From positions 58,156,001-58,220,000 of the forward strand of contig CM060732.1 in the NCBI GenBank assembly GCA_030704615.1: DNA of 64,000 bases, given 5' to 3'. Both the position numbers and the translations under genes were made by a program. Shown one piece after another: positions 50,517 to 62,594 of this stretch. Under the pieces are notes generated by a model that saw only the letters and a list, made by a program, of their open reading frames with translations, made no database searches and had not been told where the DNA came from. Origin of the DNA: Takakia lepidozioides (Eukaryota; Plantae; Bryophyta). Positions within the stretch are counted from its first letter, which is position 1, and each line of letters opens with the position of its first letter.

Positions 50517-51212
50517 TTAATGTGGCAATAACCAAAACTCTCTTCTGTAGTATCTCTCGTATATGCCCGGGTTTCTTTCAAGCTTCAATGCACCCTTGGC
50601 TATACTAGAAGTCTCCATTACCATATAACCATATGGCAAACAAGTCTGGAAAGTTGTTCTTGGTGTGAGTTTGATCCACAGAATATCCTTTGGAATCCAA
50701 TTCTTTACCAGTACAAGCTCCTCATGCATATGAGTATAAACATTCACCTTCCTTTCCTCCCAGCCTTCAAACTCTACTCGCTTAATGGATAACAATGCTA
50801 TCACATAAACCAATGTTGGTAACCAACGTGCTCTTCCTCTACAAGCCACCTGATAAATCTTTATCACTCCTTTCTCCAGACCCCACTCAGGGTCAGCATC
50901 ATGTACTCTCTTAAGAATGTTTTCCTTACAACCGTCTGGCAATTCCAAGAACCTCTGAAAGAATTGTTTGGACAATCTTTCTTTCTCAGTTTCACAAGGA
51001 ATTTGATTCACATCAAATTCTTTAATTCTCCAACCACCATGATCCCACCAGATGCCTGTCACATCTGGTTGTTCATGACCCAGTTCCCCAGTATGGTCGC
51101 CAAATGTCGTGCGGCTTTTACTCACCCATCCCTTTGCTATCCGAGGTGGAAACTCCAAGATAGAAGAGTTGGATATCTCTAAGCACTCAGCCCGCTCAGA
51201 ACAATCAGTCAT
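50517..51212 (-). CDS. Extra ORF upstream of gag in the Athila-like element, function unknown
   Basis: 231-aa open frame in element orientation. No recognised motif. Confidence 0.45.
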   Translation of the reverse strand: MTDCSERAECLEISNSSILEFPPRIAKGWVSKSRTTFGDHTGELGHEQPDVTGIWWDHGGWRIKEFDVNQIPCETEKERLSKQFFQRFLELPDGCKENILKRVHDADPEWGLEKGVIKIYQVACRGRARWLPTLVYVIALLSIKRVEFEGWEERKVNVYTHMHEELVLVKNWIPKDILWIKLTPRTTFQTCLPYGYMVMETSSIAKGALKLERNPGIYERYYRREFWLLPH

Positions 51213-51663
51213 GACCTGCAGCTAGTGAATCATGGTTGTGCTTCCTATTTGTATTCCTTCATGCCTTCATGTTATCAATTTACCTTACCGTGTATACTGA
51301 AGCATCAGATTGCTTCAGTATCTACTAAGTTCCAGTTAATCATGCATTCATTCCACAACTTCTCTCGTGTCTCTCTACACAGTATGTTTGTATCGATTCA
51401 GTATCGGATTAAGATTAATCATGTATCATGCCTATGCCATGGTGTCTATATTATATCCTACTGTATAGTTCTACAGCTTGCTTGAACTAAGCCTCATTCA
51501 AGTCATCATCTCCTCTACACTGTTTTCCGCTCTCCGTTACGTCTCCCCCTCTCCTGAACAAGTCGCCCTCTTCTCCAAGTGATCACCTTCCCGTTGCCGC
51601 TCTCCTAATCTACCCGCAAACTGTTCTAACCACCTAACTAACTAACCGTCACCCCTGAGGAAG

Positions 51664-53955
51664 TCACGATATCTTGTTTGCTGGGTTAGAGCTCGTACCA
51701 GATAATCTATTGTAGCAATGTACAGATCTCTTCCTGCTTTGCCAGATTGCTGCTTCCAGGCGGCGTGAACAATTCTGCCAGGTTGCAGGACGACATGTCC
51801 GCAATGTCCTCAAGGGACATGTCCTATGAAAGGAAAATGAAAGAGCGTCATTCATGCAAGCGCGGATTGTTCTGGGAACAAGGAAAGAAACTGGGCACAT
51901 ACAAGGGATTGCAGAGGTGAAAGGCAGCTTACAATAGTCATGAAAGCCCCCCATTGCCTGTATCTGAAGTGCCAGAAGACCAACCAATCTTCCAATTCTT
52001 TGACACCGTCCTGATCACTAGCCCCTGACGAGAACCACCGTGCTCTCACTGTCTGGTACATGGTCTCAGCCTCTTCCATTGTAGTCGCATTCTTGTACAT
52101 GAAGCAGAGCCTCATGTGCTCCGCCTGAAGATCTCTTCTGATGCATCTCTTCGTATGTTTCTGCAGGGACTGAGTCTAGTGGAATAGACATGTGTGCTCT
52201 CTATTAGGCATGGGTACCTTTGGATCACCAAATTCAAAAACTCGGCGCACAGCGTTAAAGTTAGCCTGTGCACTATCCGCCATAAACCCGTTGAAATTTA
52301 TGCCTGTATGTCCATTGGACTCCATGACTGAAAGCAAACAATTCCACATTATCATCTGGGACTCTGTATCTTCAGACTGCATGTCACAGATGGCAATTGT
52401 CATTATTCTTTGGTAGTTCGGGTCGTAAACATGGCAAGACATGGTTGTCCAGCCCTTCACTCGTTTGCAATGATCGAACATCATCCAGGCTTTCTCCAGA
52501 TCCCCCCCTGGTTGCATACGTCTGGCCAGGCTAACGCCACTGCCCTTGCCCACCGTAGACATCTTGAACAAGTAAACCTTTGAAGACCCCTGACCAGGGA
52601 AGACGCTAGATTGGATAAAGTCATATTGACTTATTCGCTTGAGCTCCATAATGTTGTCAATGGACCCTGTGTTTCCACCGCGCACTCTCAATGCATTCAC
52701 CTGATTCATAATATTGGGGGAGCTCAACACGGAGAAGAGATCCATCACTGCATCCAAAGACGCCCCCTCAAGTCTTGAACTGGATTTGCTTCCTTGCCCC
52801 AGAACGTGCCTCTCTAGGAAACTTTTGCTGGCAGCCAGCGCTATGGCAGATGGTTTGGCTAAAGGGGGCTTTGCTAACTCCTCCACGACAAGCCCACGCG
52901 CCAACATAACACTATCTCTGCAATCGCCGTGAGACACAGGATGGTCGTGAGTCCCAAAATGAATGTAGGCTCGAGTCATGGTTTTGCAACGGTGAGTAAC
53001 GTAGTACATGCGAGCAGGGCAATGTGCAATGCAGGAGGGGGCCACCTTGCAGAACTTACAAACAAATGTACTGGCAGACGGTGGGGCACAGCCTGGGATA
53101 AAAGGATTGTTGGAGAGTCCTTCCCACTCACTCTCATTTTTAGCACTGCTCTTCATGAAACACAGACAACTTGCATTCACATATCTCAGATGCCCCACAC
53201 AAACGCTCCTTCTGAATGTCAAGTTTACATCGTTGTGGATATTGGACGTTTTGGTTCTGCACCATGGATGCCCGTCATGCTTTTTATCCATTCCTTGCAA
53301 GAGACCTGAGAGGCCCTTAGCGTGGATTCAGTTCAAAGAGGATGTCACCGTCGAAGGAAGGTGGAAGGAAAGGAACCCTTTTTGTTGCGAATGAATCCTA
53401 CAGTATCCGTGCGATTTCGTTTTTGGATCCTGGTTTTCCTGACAATGCTTTCAGATGTGAGATGACGCTAACGATTTCCTGAACATCGACGTCCCCTTCA
53501 GGAAGACTGTTCATGGGAGCCAGTATTTTTGCCAATTCATTATCCGAAGAATCTGACAGTGTCACAAAAGTTGTTGAAGTGGTGTCCTCCTGCTTCACAG
53601 TCACATGCCGCTTTCCTTGAACGACAGAGGCAGCTGTCCCAGGAGTCACAATGGAGCCACCGGATTGTCTCCTTTCACTTCGGAACACACGATATTTTCC
53701 AGGAAAAACTCTCCATTCCTTGTGATTCTGTGCAACGTGCGGTTTCTGGAACAATGTTATTTGAACGTTTCCCTCCAAGTCATAGATCTCTTTCTCGACA
53801 GCAACACAACCAATGTCAAGCTTGAACCTTGCTGCCAGAACATGCTCCTCCACCACAGCAAAACCATCATCTTCAACCGCGGCACTGAAAGGTACCAATA
53901 CAACTGTGCGACATGGACAGGAAAAAACCTTCCGGAGGCGATTGCCAAATCCCAA
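51664..53955 (-). pseudogene. Second, diverged MULE transposase of the same family, 3'-truncated
   Basis: MDKKHDGHPWCRTKTSNI, MMFDHCKRVKGWTTM, FMADSAQANFNA, CLFH*, WLVFWHFRYRQWG and CNLAE. The N-terminal domain (DGFAVV.EHVLA.RF.L...EKEIYDL.G) is shared with the copy at 25063. Confidence 0.88.
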
Positions 53956-54491
53956 AAGTGTTTGCTAAGACAAGAGGCAGTTGTACAACTGGCCCCACAC
54001 ATTAACCAATAACGGTCAAGGGTATTGAACCACACCGCCAAAACAATTGGGCAGTTGCCAAATTGATGGAGAAGGGAACAAAATTGTTTATTTTGTCAGT
54101 TTCACACCACCCGGAAAAGACGGCGCCGTCTTGAATATGGTTTGTGTTTTGCGGCGTTCCACAACCTGAACCCGGACAGTGCATTGAGTGCCGAACCCGG
54201 GAAATATCCTACGCCAGATGAACGCGGACATGGCGTTCCTAACGTTATGTATGTTTTCGTTTTGAAGAAGGCAAAGTGTATGATAGGGCGATGGCATGCC
54301 TCATGTGCGCAATATTTCATCCAAATCACAGAACATCCACATTTGAAGAAAACTGCCTTATTGATGGCATTAGGGGCGCCCAATAAACCGCAACCAGTGA
54401 GATCGGTCCATTTGGGGGGTTAGAAGGTAGACACACACGTCCTTAACCACATGCATAACTGACGGCTTTAGATGGTTCCTTACTTTCTGTA

Positions 54492-54902
54492 TTGTTGTTA
54501 GTCAAGCTGGAGAGCTGTGGGAGTGAGAGAGAAGACATAGTAAGAAGATGTAGAAGGCAGTCCCTTTACTTCACGAGTGCGAGAGAGAGGAAAAACGCGC
54601 GAGTCAGAATGAGAAAGTTGCGCAATTTGCAAAACCCTGATGAGCAGGTTGCACAGGATATGTCAACCCACGAATCACAACAGATCACAGAGGCGAGCCA
54701 GCCTGAAATGGAGGGAAGAAGGGAAGGGGAGGAGACTGCCATAGAGACCATTGTGCATGACATGGACATCGACACCACCACCGTCGGCGAGAAAGAAGCG
54801 ACACCAATGGAAGCTGTGAGGACGCAGCAAGAAGAGGCATCGGGAAGTGGTGTCATGAAACCCAGGGTAATCCTTCTCCCAAACTGCATGAATCTCGCTT
54901 GA
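54492..54902 (+). CDS. Possible first exon of a gene divergent from transposase 2 (basic then acidic low-complexity peptide)
   Basis: ORF containing ARERKNARVRMRKLR followed by an E/T-rich stretch. Its position parallels the cargo gene of element 1. Confidence 0.3.
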   Translation: MLLVKLESCGSEREDIVRRCRRQSLYFTSARERKNARVRMRKLRNLQNPDEQVAQDMSTHESQQITEASQPEMEGRREGEETAIETIVHDMDIDTTTVGEKEATPMEAVRTQQEEASGSGVMKPRVILLPNCMNLA

Positions 54903-54944
54903 CTGTCGTACCACGTGCATAGACAGGATACGAGAGATCCCCTG

Positions 54945-55886
54945 AAAATTGGGTGCGGCACCGCACTCAGTTTTGAGGGGAGCTCTATCACTTCCATTGT
55001 AGGCCGAGGTGAATAAGTAAGTCTTAGAGGCAGCACGATCTGAAACAGAAGCCTGAGAGGGACATGGGGAAACTGAGTGCGGTGGCGCACTCATTTCAAC
55101 TGGATGTTGGGCCATCGCTTGGGCATTAGGGAAAGAGGAAGGTGATGTTCACAGTTTAGGTCCGAGAGACAATGGAGTGGTCACCCTGAACTGAGTGCGC
55201 CACCGCACTCAATTTCTAAGCTCCATGGAATCATTGAGTTGCTATTGACTGAGGTGAACGGTAGATAGAAAGTGCGTTTATTCCATAGTGAGATCTCTTA
55301 TGAGTTCTGAGAATCACATTAAGTCTAACCTGGAAACTGAGTGCGTTGGCGCACACAGTTCAGAGGTGTGATCGACAATGTTTTTGGACAGACGTGAAGA
55401 CCCCAATGAACTCAAAACAGAAGTAGGCAGACAGAATAAATGGCTCCCAGAACTGACTGCGCCACCGCACTCAATTTCGGATCACCGTAGAAAGGTCAAT
55501 TTGCTTATGAGAGAGGTGAAACGAAAGTTAGTAAATGTGTTTCATTCAAAGTGAGATCTCTCTTGAGTTTTCAGATAGACAGAAACGATAACCTTGAAAT
55601 TGAGTGCGGTGGCGCACTCAGTTTTGAGGTGAGGTCGACCATCTTCGTGGACAGAGGTAAAGACCCTGGTGTGCTCAAAAGAGAAAGCAGGACAGAGTGG
55701 AGGGCTCCCAGAAATGAGTGCGCCACCGCACTTAGTTTTTTGAGCACCTGTAGATGGTTGATTTGATGATGTCTGAGATGAACTGCAAAGTGAAAATGAT
55801 TGTGGAAATTGGAAAGCATTCTTTTTTAGTTATGGGGCGAACATCAGAACACCCTGGAAACTGAGTGTGGTGGCGCACTCAGTTTT
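54945..55886. repeat. Array of eight ~29-bp palindromes (AAACTGAGTGCG-N4-CGCACTCAGTTT) in alternating orientation, ~263-bp dimer period
   Basis: Copies start at ~54945, 55069, 55188, 55333, 55450, 55596, 55711 and 55857. The loops alternate between CCAC-type and GTGG-type. Confidence 0.9.
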
Positions 55887-57847
55887 AACGGTGGACTCGC
55901 AGATATTTGAAGACAATATCACTACTAGAGAAACCGGTTTTTTTAATGGCTCTTCTCACACATTTTGGTGTGAAAAGAGCTCGAGTTCACACCCCCCCCC
56001 CCCCCCCCCCCCCCTGGTGTTAGGTTAACCCAGTCCTTTGCACCACATGTGAACTTTCTTGGTCCTGTGAAAAAAACCATCTCACACCAAACTCGCACCT
56101 GATGTGGCTGTAGGTTTAGGTGGCTCTTTTGACGGATATTTTGATGGCCGTTTTGACTGGTCAGTTCAACTAGTGTTTTGACTAAGTAATCTTAATGGTC
56201 TTTCTACGGTACTTATTACACCTCGTTGCCACCATGTCTGCCACATGTATGTCAAAGGGAATGCCACGTAATAGAGTCCATCAGAATTATTAAATAAATA
56301 ATAGATATTAAGGGCTCTTTTTACGGCTTCTCTCACACAGATTTAACACCAGGTTCAAATCGTGGTGTGAACGCAATGACACTAGTGTGAATACTGTCAC
56401 ATCCATTGTTCTGTTCATATTGGACGAAAAGTAAACAATTATTATTTATTGACAAATGCTAAAATGAATAGTCATATTATTATTATTGTTGTTGTTGTTG
56501 TTGTATAGATATTCTTATAATAAATGGGATAGCACCCCGAAAGCCATTGGCTGCTTGATTTAATATTTAATATATTATTTATTTTAGATTTTTTTTTATT
56601 TGTTTTGTTTCATTTAAATAAAAACTTATTTAAAACAGGGGATAATATTTGTATTATTAACCACATTGACCAGTAGTAATGTTATTAATATTAAACATAG
56701 CAAACAACCAGCAAAATACCACATTTATGTCTACACAAGGAAAATTTGGCTTGATGTGGGAAAATGAAGTTGCCCTTGAACAAGGGGATCTTGTGATCAT
56801 ACATGAGAATAGCAAGACCATCAATTCAAAAAATACGGTTCACATGAGAAGAGCTGTTTTGTTCACCTGGCTTAGCAACCCTCAATCCATAAAGAAAACT
56901 AAACTAAACTAAACTTGTAGCACCTTCAATATCACGCGTGTTTAAGAAACTTTTCAGACCATAAGGTGGAACTTCCCTGCGTGTCACCCAATGTGGTATG
57001 ATTAGGGGTAACAGAGTAGTCCGGGTACGGCAACACAACCTCTGAAATCATGACCAATTTCACATGGATACGGTAATAGTTGTCTAGCAAATTTGCTTTC
57101 GGAAATCCAGCAATATATCCCACATCTGCCCTTCATTTTGGTGCACAAGGATCAAACAATAACTTAAAATGGCATTGAAGTTCTTCCAGCAAACACCCCA
57201 ACCCTACCTATTGCAGTACTTCCAATTCTGAATTGCATTTGCTTGTCTCTATACTCCATGCTGACATGATCAAAGCTGGAACGGTGCCATACCTAGTTGA
57301 TAGCAGGTTATGCATGGTCAGCATGGATGTGGTAGGACGATGTCACAAAACTACCTTTGTAGGTTGCTGGGCCTGCAGCTATGTGGCGATACATAGGGGG
57401 TGTATTGATCCAGCATCAGACAAGGAAAAAAAATTGCACAAGGGAAGTACTTACACTGTGCGGATTTTGTTGGTCACCTTGTGGGTCAGTCAGATCCACT
57501 GTGGTTGTAGTATTATTGTACTCTCCCTGCCCATTGAACGCTTCACTGGTTTCACCATCTGTATATTGAATGACACAATGATCAAAAAATTAGAATAGCA
57601 CGAATGACACACAATGTGAAGTAGCATTAACAATAAAAATCCACCCACGCGCCCAAGCATTGAAACTTTTGCTCTCACCTTTCGTTGATTATGCTTTGTT
57701 GTTGCATCGGGAGGCAAAGTCGTTGGAACTCTGGCAGCAGGAAGCCCTGGTTCGGATGCCTTTGCAGATTGTTGTGATCCACTACCCATGGCTGGACCTA
57801 GTTTCGAACGTTCGGACTTCGGAGGTCGCATGTGCACATGTTACTTA

Positions 57848-58395
57848 CTAGTTGGGCTGCCCATATCTGTATGGGTGCCCTGACACATACTCAGGGATGT
57901 GTGCAGCCTTGGATACACCCTCTAACCAAGGCAGTAATTCTTTCATAAGCTTCTTGCAGTTTGGCTGATCCCTCGACTTCCATGGATACGGGAAAATACA
58001 ATTATTTGCAGGGTTGGGTAAGCAAGTGAGTGGGGAATCGTCCTCCAACAAAGTATTGGTTGGATTGTAATGGCTGTAGTCCTTACAGAACTTACATAAG
58101 TTCTTGTACATGATAGTTTTAGAAGGATTGACAGGGTCCACCATTCCCACAGGCTGGTCACAATAGTCTTGGTGAAGCACCACCTTTGGCTGTTTCCCAC
58201 GAAACAAAGCTTTCACAACTGGAAGGACATTACTCAATGACATGGAAGACCATACACCTACATAAAAAATCTGAAGGCATCGGTCCAGAAAATCCTGACA
58301 CCCAGGTCTGGAGGTGACAGTGGGCTCTAGGTATTCCCTTGTTCGTAGTTGGTCTCACATAACAATCCATTCAAGTCAAGTATAAGGATGTGTTT
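57848..58395 (-). CDS. FCP1/NIF-like HAD phosphatase domain exon within the CACTA element
   Basis: KHILILDLNGLL...RPGCQDFLDRCLQIFYVGVWSS...HQDYC...YKNL...NTLLEDDSP...NP.NNCIFP. Confidence 0.8.
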
Positions 58396-59447
58396 CTACC
58401 TCTCAGATGCCGAAGGGCAATTACCTACAACTTGTACATGATTATCATGTACAAGAGACACACCTTTCTGTGGGGCACTCTGCAAATTCATGGAGACCTC
58501 ACAGGCATATTGAGAGGGTAGTACATATGTCGGCAGTGCTATTGGTGCAGGGGACAATAAAACTGATGAACACTTTGCAGTTGCCTCAACAATATGGGGG
58601 GATGGATTGAGTTCACCTTCAGACCAACCCTCCATGTCATCATCCCTCTCCATCTCTGAAAGCCCAAACAATGAGCCTATTGTGTTTGGCTTTGGTGGCG
58701 GTGAAGAAACTGCCTTGAACAGGTTGAGTGGTGAGCCCATAACATGAGAAATAGTCTCCTTTGTTGTCTGTGGCGCAAAGGTGGTGCATGGTGGACCTGT
58801 AGGCTGTGAATCTGGCACATTCATGCCAAGTTTAGCTGCGAGCGCAATGTTGAATGCAGCTGCTGCCTCCAGTTGGACTTGGACTGCTTCCAAAGCTGCC
58901 TTGGAGCTGGCTTCCATCTGCACTTGCTTGTTTTCCATAGCATCGAGGCGAGCTGCTAGTGAACCAATTCCCTGCCCCAACACATAGAACACCTCCAAAG
59001 TAACAATTCACTACACTGAACTGATGACCTAGTAAGAAAAGAGAACCAAATGGCAACTAGCAATGGCATGGAAATCATGAATATGTAATTCACACCAGAT
59101 TGGGACTGAGTTTATATACCGATGTGGCTGCACTGCCTGTACACCCCGACCCATAGCCTTTGTCACTTCTGGCGCTACTGGCGATCTCCTGCAAACTTGG
59201 TGTACGTCCAGTCTCCTTCTCCTGTGATTGCAACAAATTTGCAAGTGTAAATGACTAGCATAGCACACTGCCAACAGTAAAGAATTATCTAGGATAGTAT
59301 CAATGACTCCCCCTCAATAAGAGTGCTTGGTTTCTTGCTGGCACCCAACTCTGAGAAGGCCCCCAAGTAGTAGCAATGTGCACTAATTCCATCCATATAG
59401 GAATAGACTCTGAGCTCTAGCCAAAAAAACCCAACACAGAAAGTTTG

Positions 59448-59993
59448 TCAATGCAAAACAATGTGGGAACTTCCTATGTTGTAAGAGAAGTATACCAGTC
59501 GTGCTACAACACCGCTGATTCCACTGCGACCCGATCGAGATGTATTCTTCACACATCCCCGCGCCTTGACACCATTTGCCTGGAATTTCTTGAAATCTGT
59601 GGAACTCCAACTAACAACTAGTTGTGCCCATGTCTTGTCTGGCACATGATGGGGTTTGGGCAGCCCCACACTATAGTAATTTTTTAATAGCTTATTTTGT
59701 TGGTACTTGAGCTGCCCGCAAATTGTTTTTGTAATAGCCTTTATGTTAAGACCAGGAGGTCCATATTCCCAATCTGAAGCCAATATCTCCATGATCTTTT
59801 CAATTAAGTGTAATGGTTGATCCTGAGCATACAATGACCAATCCAACAAACGTTGACACTGCCCTCGCAGAGCTGTCATCCACTGGTTCCGAGCAGGACC
59901 TTCAGGGTTTCCAAGTTCATCACAAGAAATGAAAAATTTCCTCCTCCCTACAGCCACATTTTGAGCAGCCTGGTCTCTCAGATCTTTTGCCAA
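59448..59993 (-). CDS. CACTA TnpA/Ptta (Transposase_24-like) exon
   Basis: KPHHVPDKTWAQLVVSWSS..FKK...NGVKARGCVKNTSRSGRSG pattern. Confidence 0.7.
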   Translation of the reverse strand: MAKDLRDQAAQNVAVGRRKFFISCDELGNPEGPARNQWMTALRGQCQRLLDWSLYAQDQPLHLIEKIMEILASDWEYGPPGLNIKAITKTICGQLKYQQNKLLKNYYSVGLPKPHHVPDKTWAQLVVSWSSTDFKKFQANGVKARGCVKNTSRSGRSGISGVVARLVYFSYNIGSSHIVLH

Positions 59994-61259
59994 GTGCCCT
60001 TCTTTCCCTCCTTAAAGCATTTTTGCGTTCTACAGAAGTCACACCTGATGTCCCCCCAGAAGTAAGGTTTGGAATCCTGCAAGGTTTCAGCAGTACCTTG
60101 CATGTTACCACCTTCACTCTGTAGTGGCTGGACTGATGTCTCCCACCCCACAGGATGATGCGGAGAAGATGCATCCTCGGTCTGTTTCAGAATGCCTTTC
60201 CCTTTTAGGGTATTAGGTATACCTGGAGATGTTGGATAAAGAGGTGGCCGCGGTGCAGTGAAGCTCAAAGGTGCCGGCTGTTGTACTCCACTGTAGTTGG
60301 ATGCTGAAGGTTGGTGGCCACCATATTGGACCTGCCCCTGGTGTGGTCTTGCAGGGCTGGTAGGATAGAGGGAGGAAGTAGGTTGGTTGTATGTAGGTCG
60401 AGGAGGATACATACTATGAGGCTGCATTCCATAATGGTGGTAAATGGAATACCCACCTTGACTAGGATCATGCATTGGAGCGCCTGCAGGTGGAACAAAA
60501 GAATTGTAATTCTGGCACTGAGGATCATTGTTTGGAGGTTGATAGTGAGGATACGGCATGTGCCCATGCAGATTATACCCTGACATGGCAGGATACTGCG
60601 GGTATATAGGCGGATACGAGGGAGGAGCCGATACTGGTGGATACAAGGGAGCTGGAACGTCAGTCTGTGGAGTGGGCGGGGCTGGTTTTTTGTAAGTTGG
60701 AACAGACGCACCACTCATCACAGCAGCTGGCGCAATAGTTGGTGCACACTTCGCTGGAGTAAGATACTTATGCTCGTTCGCATCCTTCCCTGCAATTCCC
60801 TTCCTTTTTTTGACTAAACTCTGCACACATTGCTCAACATAAACATGAGAAACAAGATAATTCTCATACTTGTCCACTCGAACATACATGAATTCCAAAT
60901 GCTTCATTGTGATCTAAACTGGGGCTGGAAACCTATACATAAATGTTAAAGGTGCCCAGAATGCTGACCCAAAAAACTCTGAAGTCGGAGGGAGTGAACT
61001 TTCCAAACTTGAGAGGCCCAGACTTCTGTAACATTCCATACATGGCATTGTGTCTGTACCTCTGTTCAGCATATTCAAAATTTCAGGCTGAGGCTCGGGT
61101 TATATTCGAACAATCCCTAAATTTGTCCAAAGAGGTACTCAAAAGGAAAAAGAGGCAACATTTATATACCATCATGAAGGAGAGTCAAGCATACCATAAG
61201 AGTACCAGCACTCACATTGCTGAAAACAAAGGCACATGGTCCATAAGTTGAATTGGCAA

Positions 61260-61760
61260 AGAGATGTTGGAGGGTTTAGGGGTAAGGACTTCAAGTGCCT
61301 CTAGTGCTGCACTGTCTATCTGGCTTTGTTGCCAGATTTGCAATCCCTCTTTCCTCTCTATTTGTTGTTCAAAGGTATTCTTCCCGCCCTGAATTTAAAT
61401 TTCAGTCTAGTGCCGAGGGTGGGTAAACCCTTGAGGTCATCCCATGTCACAGACTAGAAACAAGTTCAGGGAAGTTTTCAGCCTAACTTCATTTTCATCA
61501 GAGAATTTCTTGCAACAGACATGGCTTTGGACACTATAGCCTCTAAGTCAGATTTATCCAGCAGGGTCAAGACTTGGGGGCTGAGATTCAGATCCTTGAG
61601 AATCTCTTCTATTCTCTTCCGCCAGGACTTAGCCTGTTTGACAGGGTGATCCTGCTTCCAAGACGTCGGGAGCTTAAGGGATGCCAAACTCACCCCGAAC
61701 AACCACATTGGCTGTTTTGGAGCATGCTGACATGCACTCCGTAAGCACCCCACTTGAATG
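61260..61760 (-). mobile_element. Degenerate LINE-like 3' fragment
   Basis: Homologous, in inverted orientation, to 62595-63010 (CTGAACTTGTTTC...TGTGACATGGG...GGCACTAGACT). Confidence 0.45.
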
Positions 61761-62348
61761 GATTCTAGAGACTTTGCAATAGAGACTGAGAGATAGATGT
61801 ACTCATGAGACCAACTTAGTACCCACTGTAGTCGGTGTAGAAATGAAGGGCAAAGATCTCTATGGTTTTAAGCAAGCACTAGTTTGCTTTAAGTAAAGGC
61901 TAAGGCTGACTAGGAGGTCACTGACTTACAGTCCACATGCTAGCACAAATGTCGGTTTCCTGGAAATCCCAGTATGACAGTACAGTTAATATGAATATTG
62001 TTCAGTGATGTCTGTCACTATGAAGAAAAGTGGTTTTTTGAAGGGTTTTCTAACAAACCCCACCACCCACCCCAATCACCCAGAAGTGTGAAACAAATCA
62101 GGAGCAAGACTGGTTTAGGAGAAGGGGTGATGGTGCCTTGCAATGCAAGGCTGTTTTGTCCTTGTTTTAAAAAAAAAAACTTTCTGATATGGTCAAATCC
62201 TGACAGATCCTTCCTTGTTGTAACAAGACAAGCCCTATCTCTCTCCCTCCCTCCGTTTTGTTGCGTCCAAACTGGTGGCGGGATCTATGGCCACAAGGCT
62301 ATGGCAAAAACGTCTTATGAGTTCATTCTCTCTCCTCCCTCTCTGCAG

Positions 62349-62484
62349 GAAGACAGAGCATGCGAATGAAAATTTCAGGAGGGCAAACTTCACATCAGCT
62401 GACATGAGGGAGTCAAACTTCAGTGGAAGCACTTCAATGGTGCCTACCTTGAGAAAGCTGTTGCTTTCAGAACTAATTTTCATG
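62349..62484 (+). pseudogene. Isolated exon of a thylakoid-lumen pentapeptide-repeat protein (TL20.3/At1g12250-like) with a 1-bp frameshift
   Basis: ctctgcag|...HANENFRRANFTSADMRESNFSGST(F)NGAYLEKAVAFRTNF...|gtacat. Confidence 0.75.
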
Positions 62485-62594
62485 GTACATGTCGTCACAT
62501 AACTTGTATCTATCATTTTATGTGCACTAATGATATACAAGTGCAGAATAAACATTAACCCACCCTTCTATCTGTCTTCTCTCAACAAAGTTAG

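Larger units (their letters stand above)
33342..51660 (-). mobile_element. Non-chromovirus Ty3/gypsy element (Athila/Tat-like group), minus strand, 5'-truncated, with nested chromovirus
   Basis: RT WLSPIVIVPKKNGKLRVC...SFMDGFSGYNQ...[22 protein letters not shown] split by the insertion. [14 protein letters not shown]...GPY. PR VLIDGGSGVNI. Purine-rich PPT-like TAGGGAGGG near 33735, then a putative LTR starting TGTTTAATAAT at ~33710. Confidence 0.8.
55920..60907 (-). mobile_element. CACTA (En/Spm) element, one end plus TnpA-like gene; other end not located
   Basis: Terminus CACTACTAGAGAAACCGG at 55920 with subterminal TCACAC/GGTGTGA motifs. Transposase_24-like exon at 59448-59993. Tnp1-like C-terminal exon at 56932-57160 (VKLV...VVLPYP...TLGDTQGSSTLW). 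Confidence 0.7.

Noticed and set aside
54945-55886. CRISPR array
   Set aside because: Eukaryotic context, no cas genes, repeats alternate in orientation, and spacers are 85-117 bp and related to each other with a ~263-bp period
55992-56014. Poly-C run as a functional G-quadruplex
   Set aside because: A simple homopolymer in a CACTA subterminal region with no other support; its length is unreliable
56380-56387. CACTAGTG as the second end of a ~470-bp CACTA MITE
   Set aside because: It does not match the reverse complement of the CACTACTAGAGAAACC terminus beyond 5 bp, and TnpA-like exons continue further right
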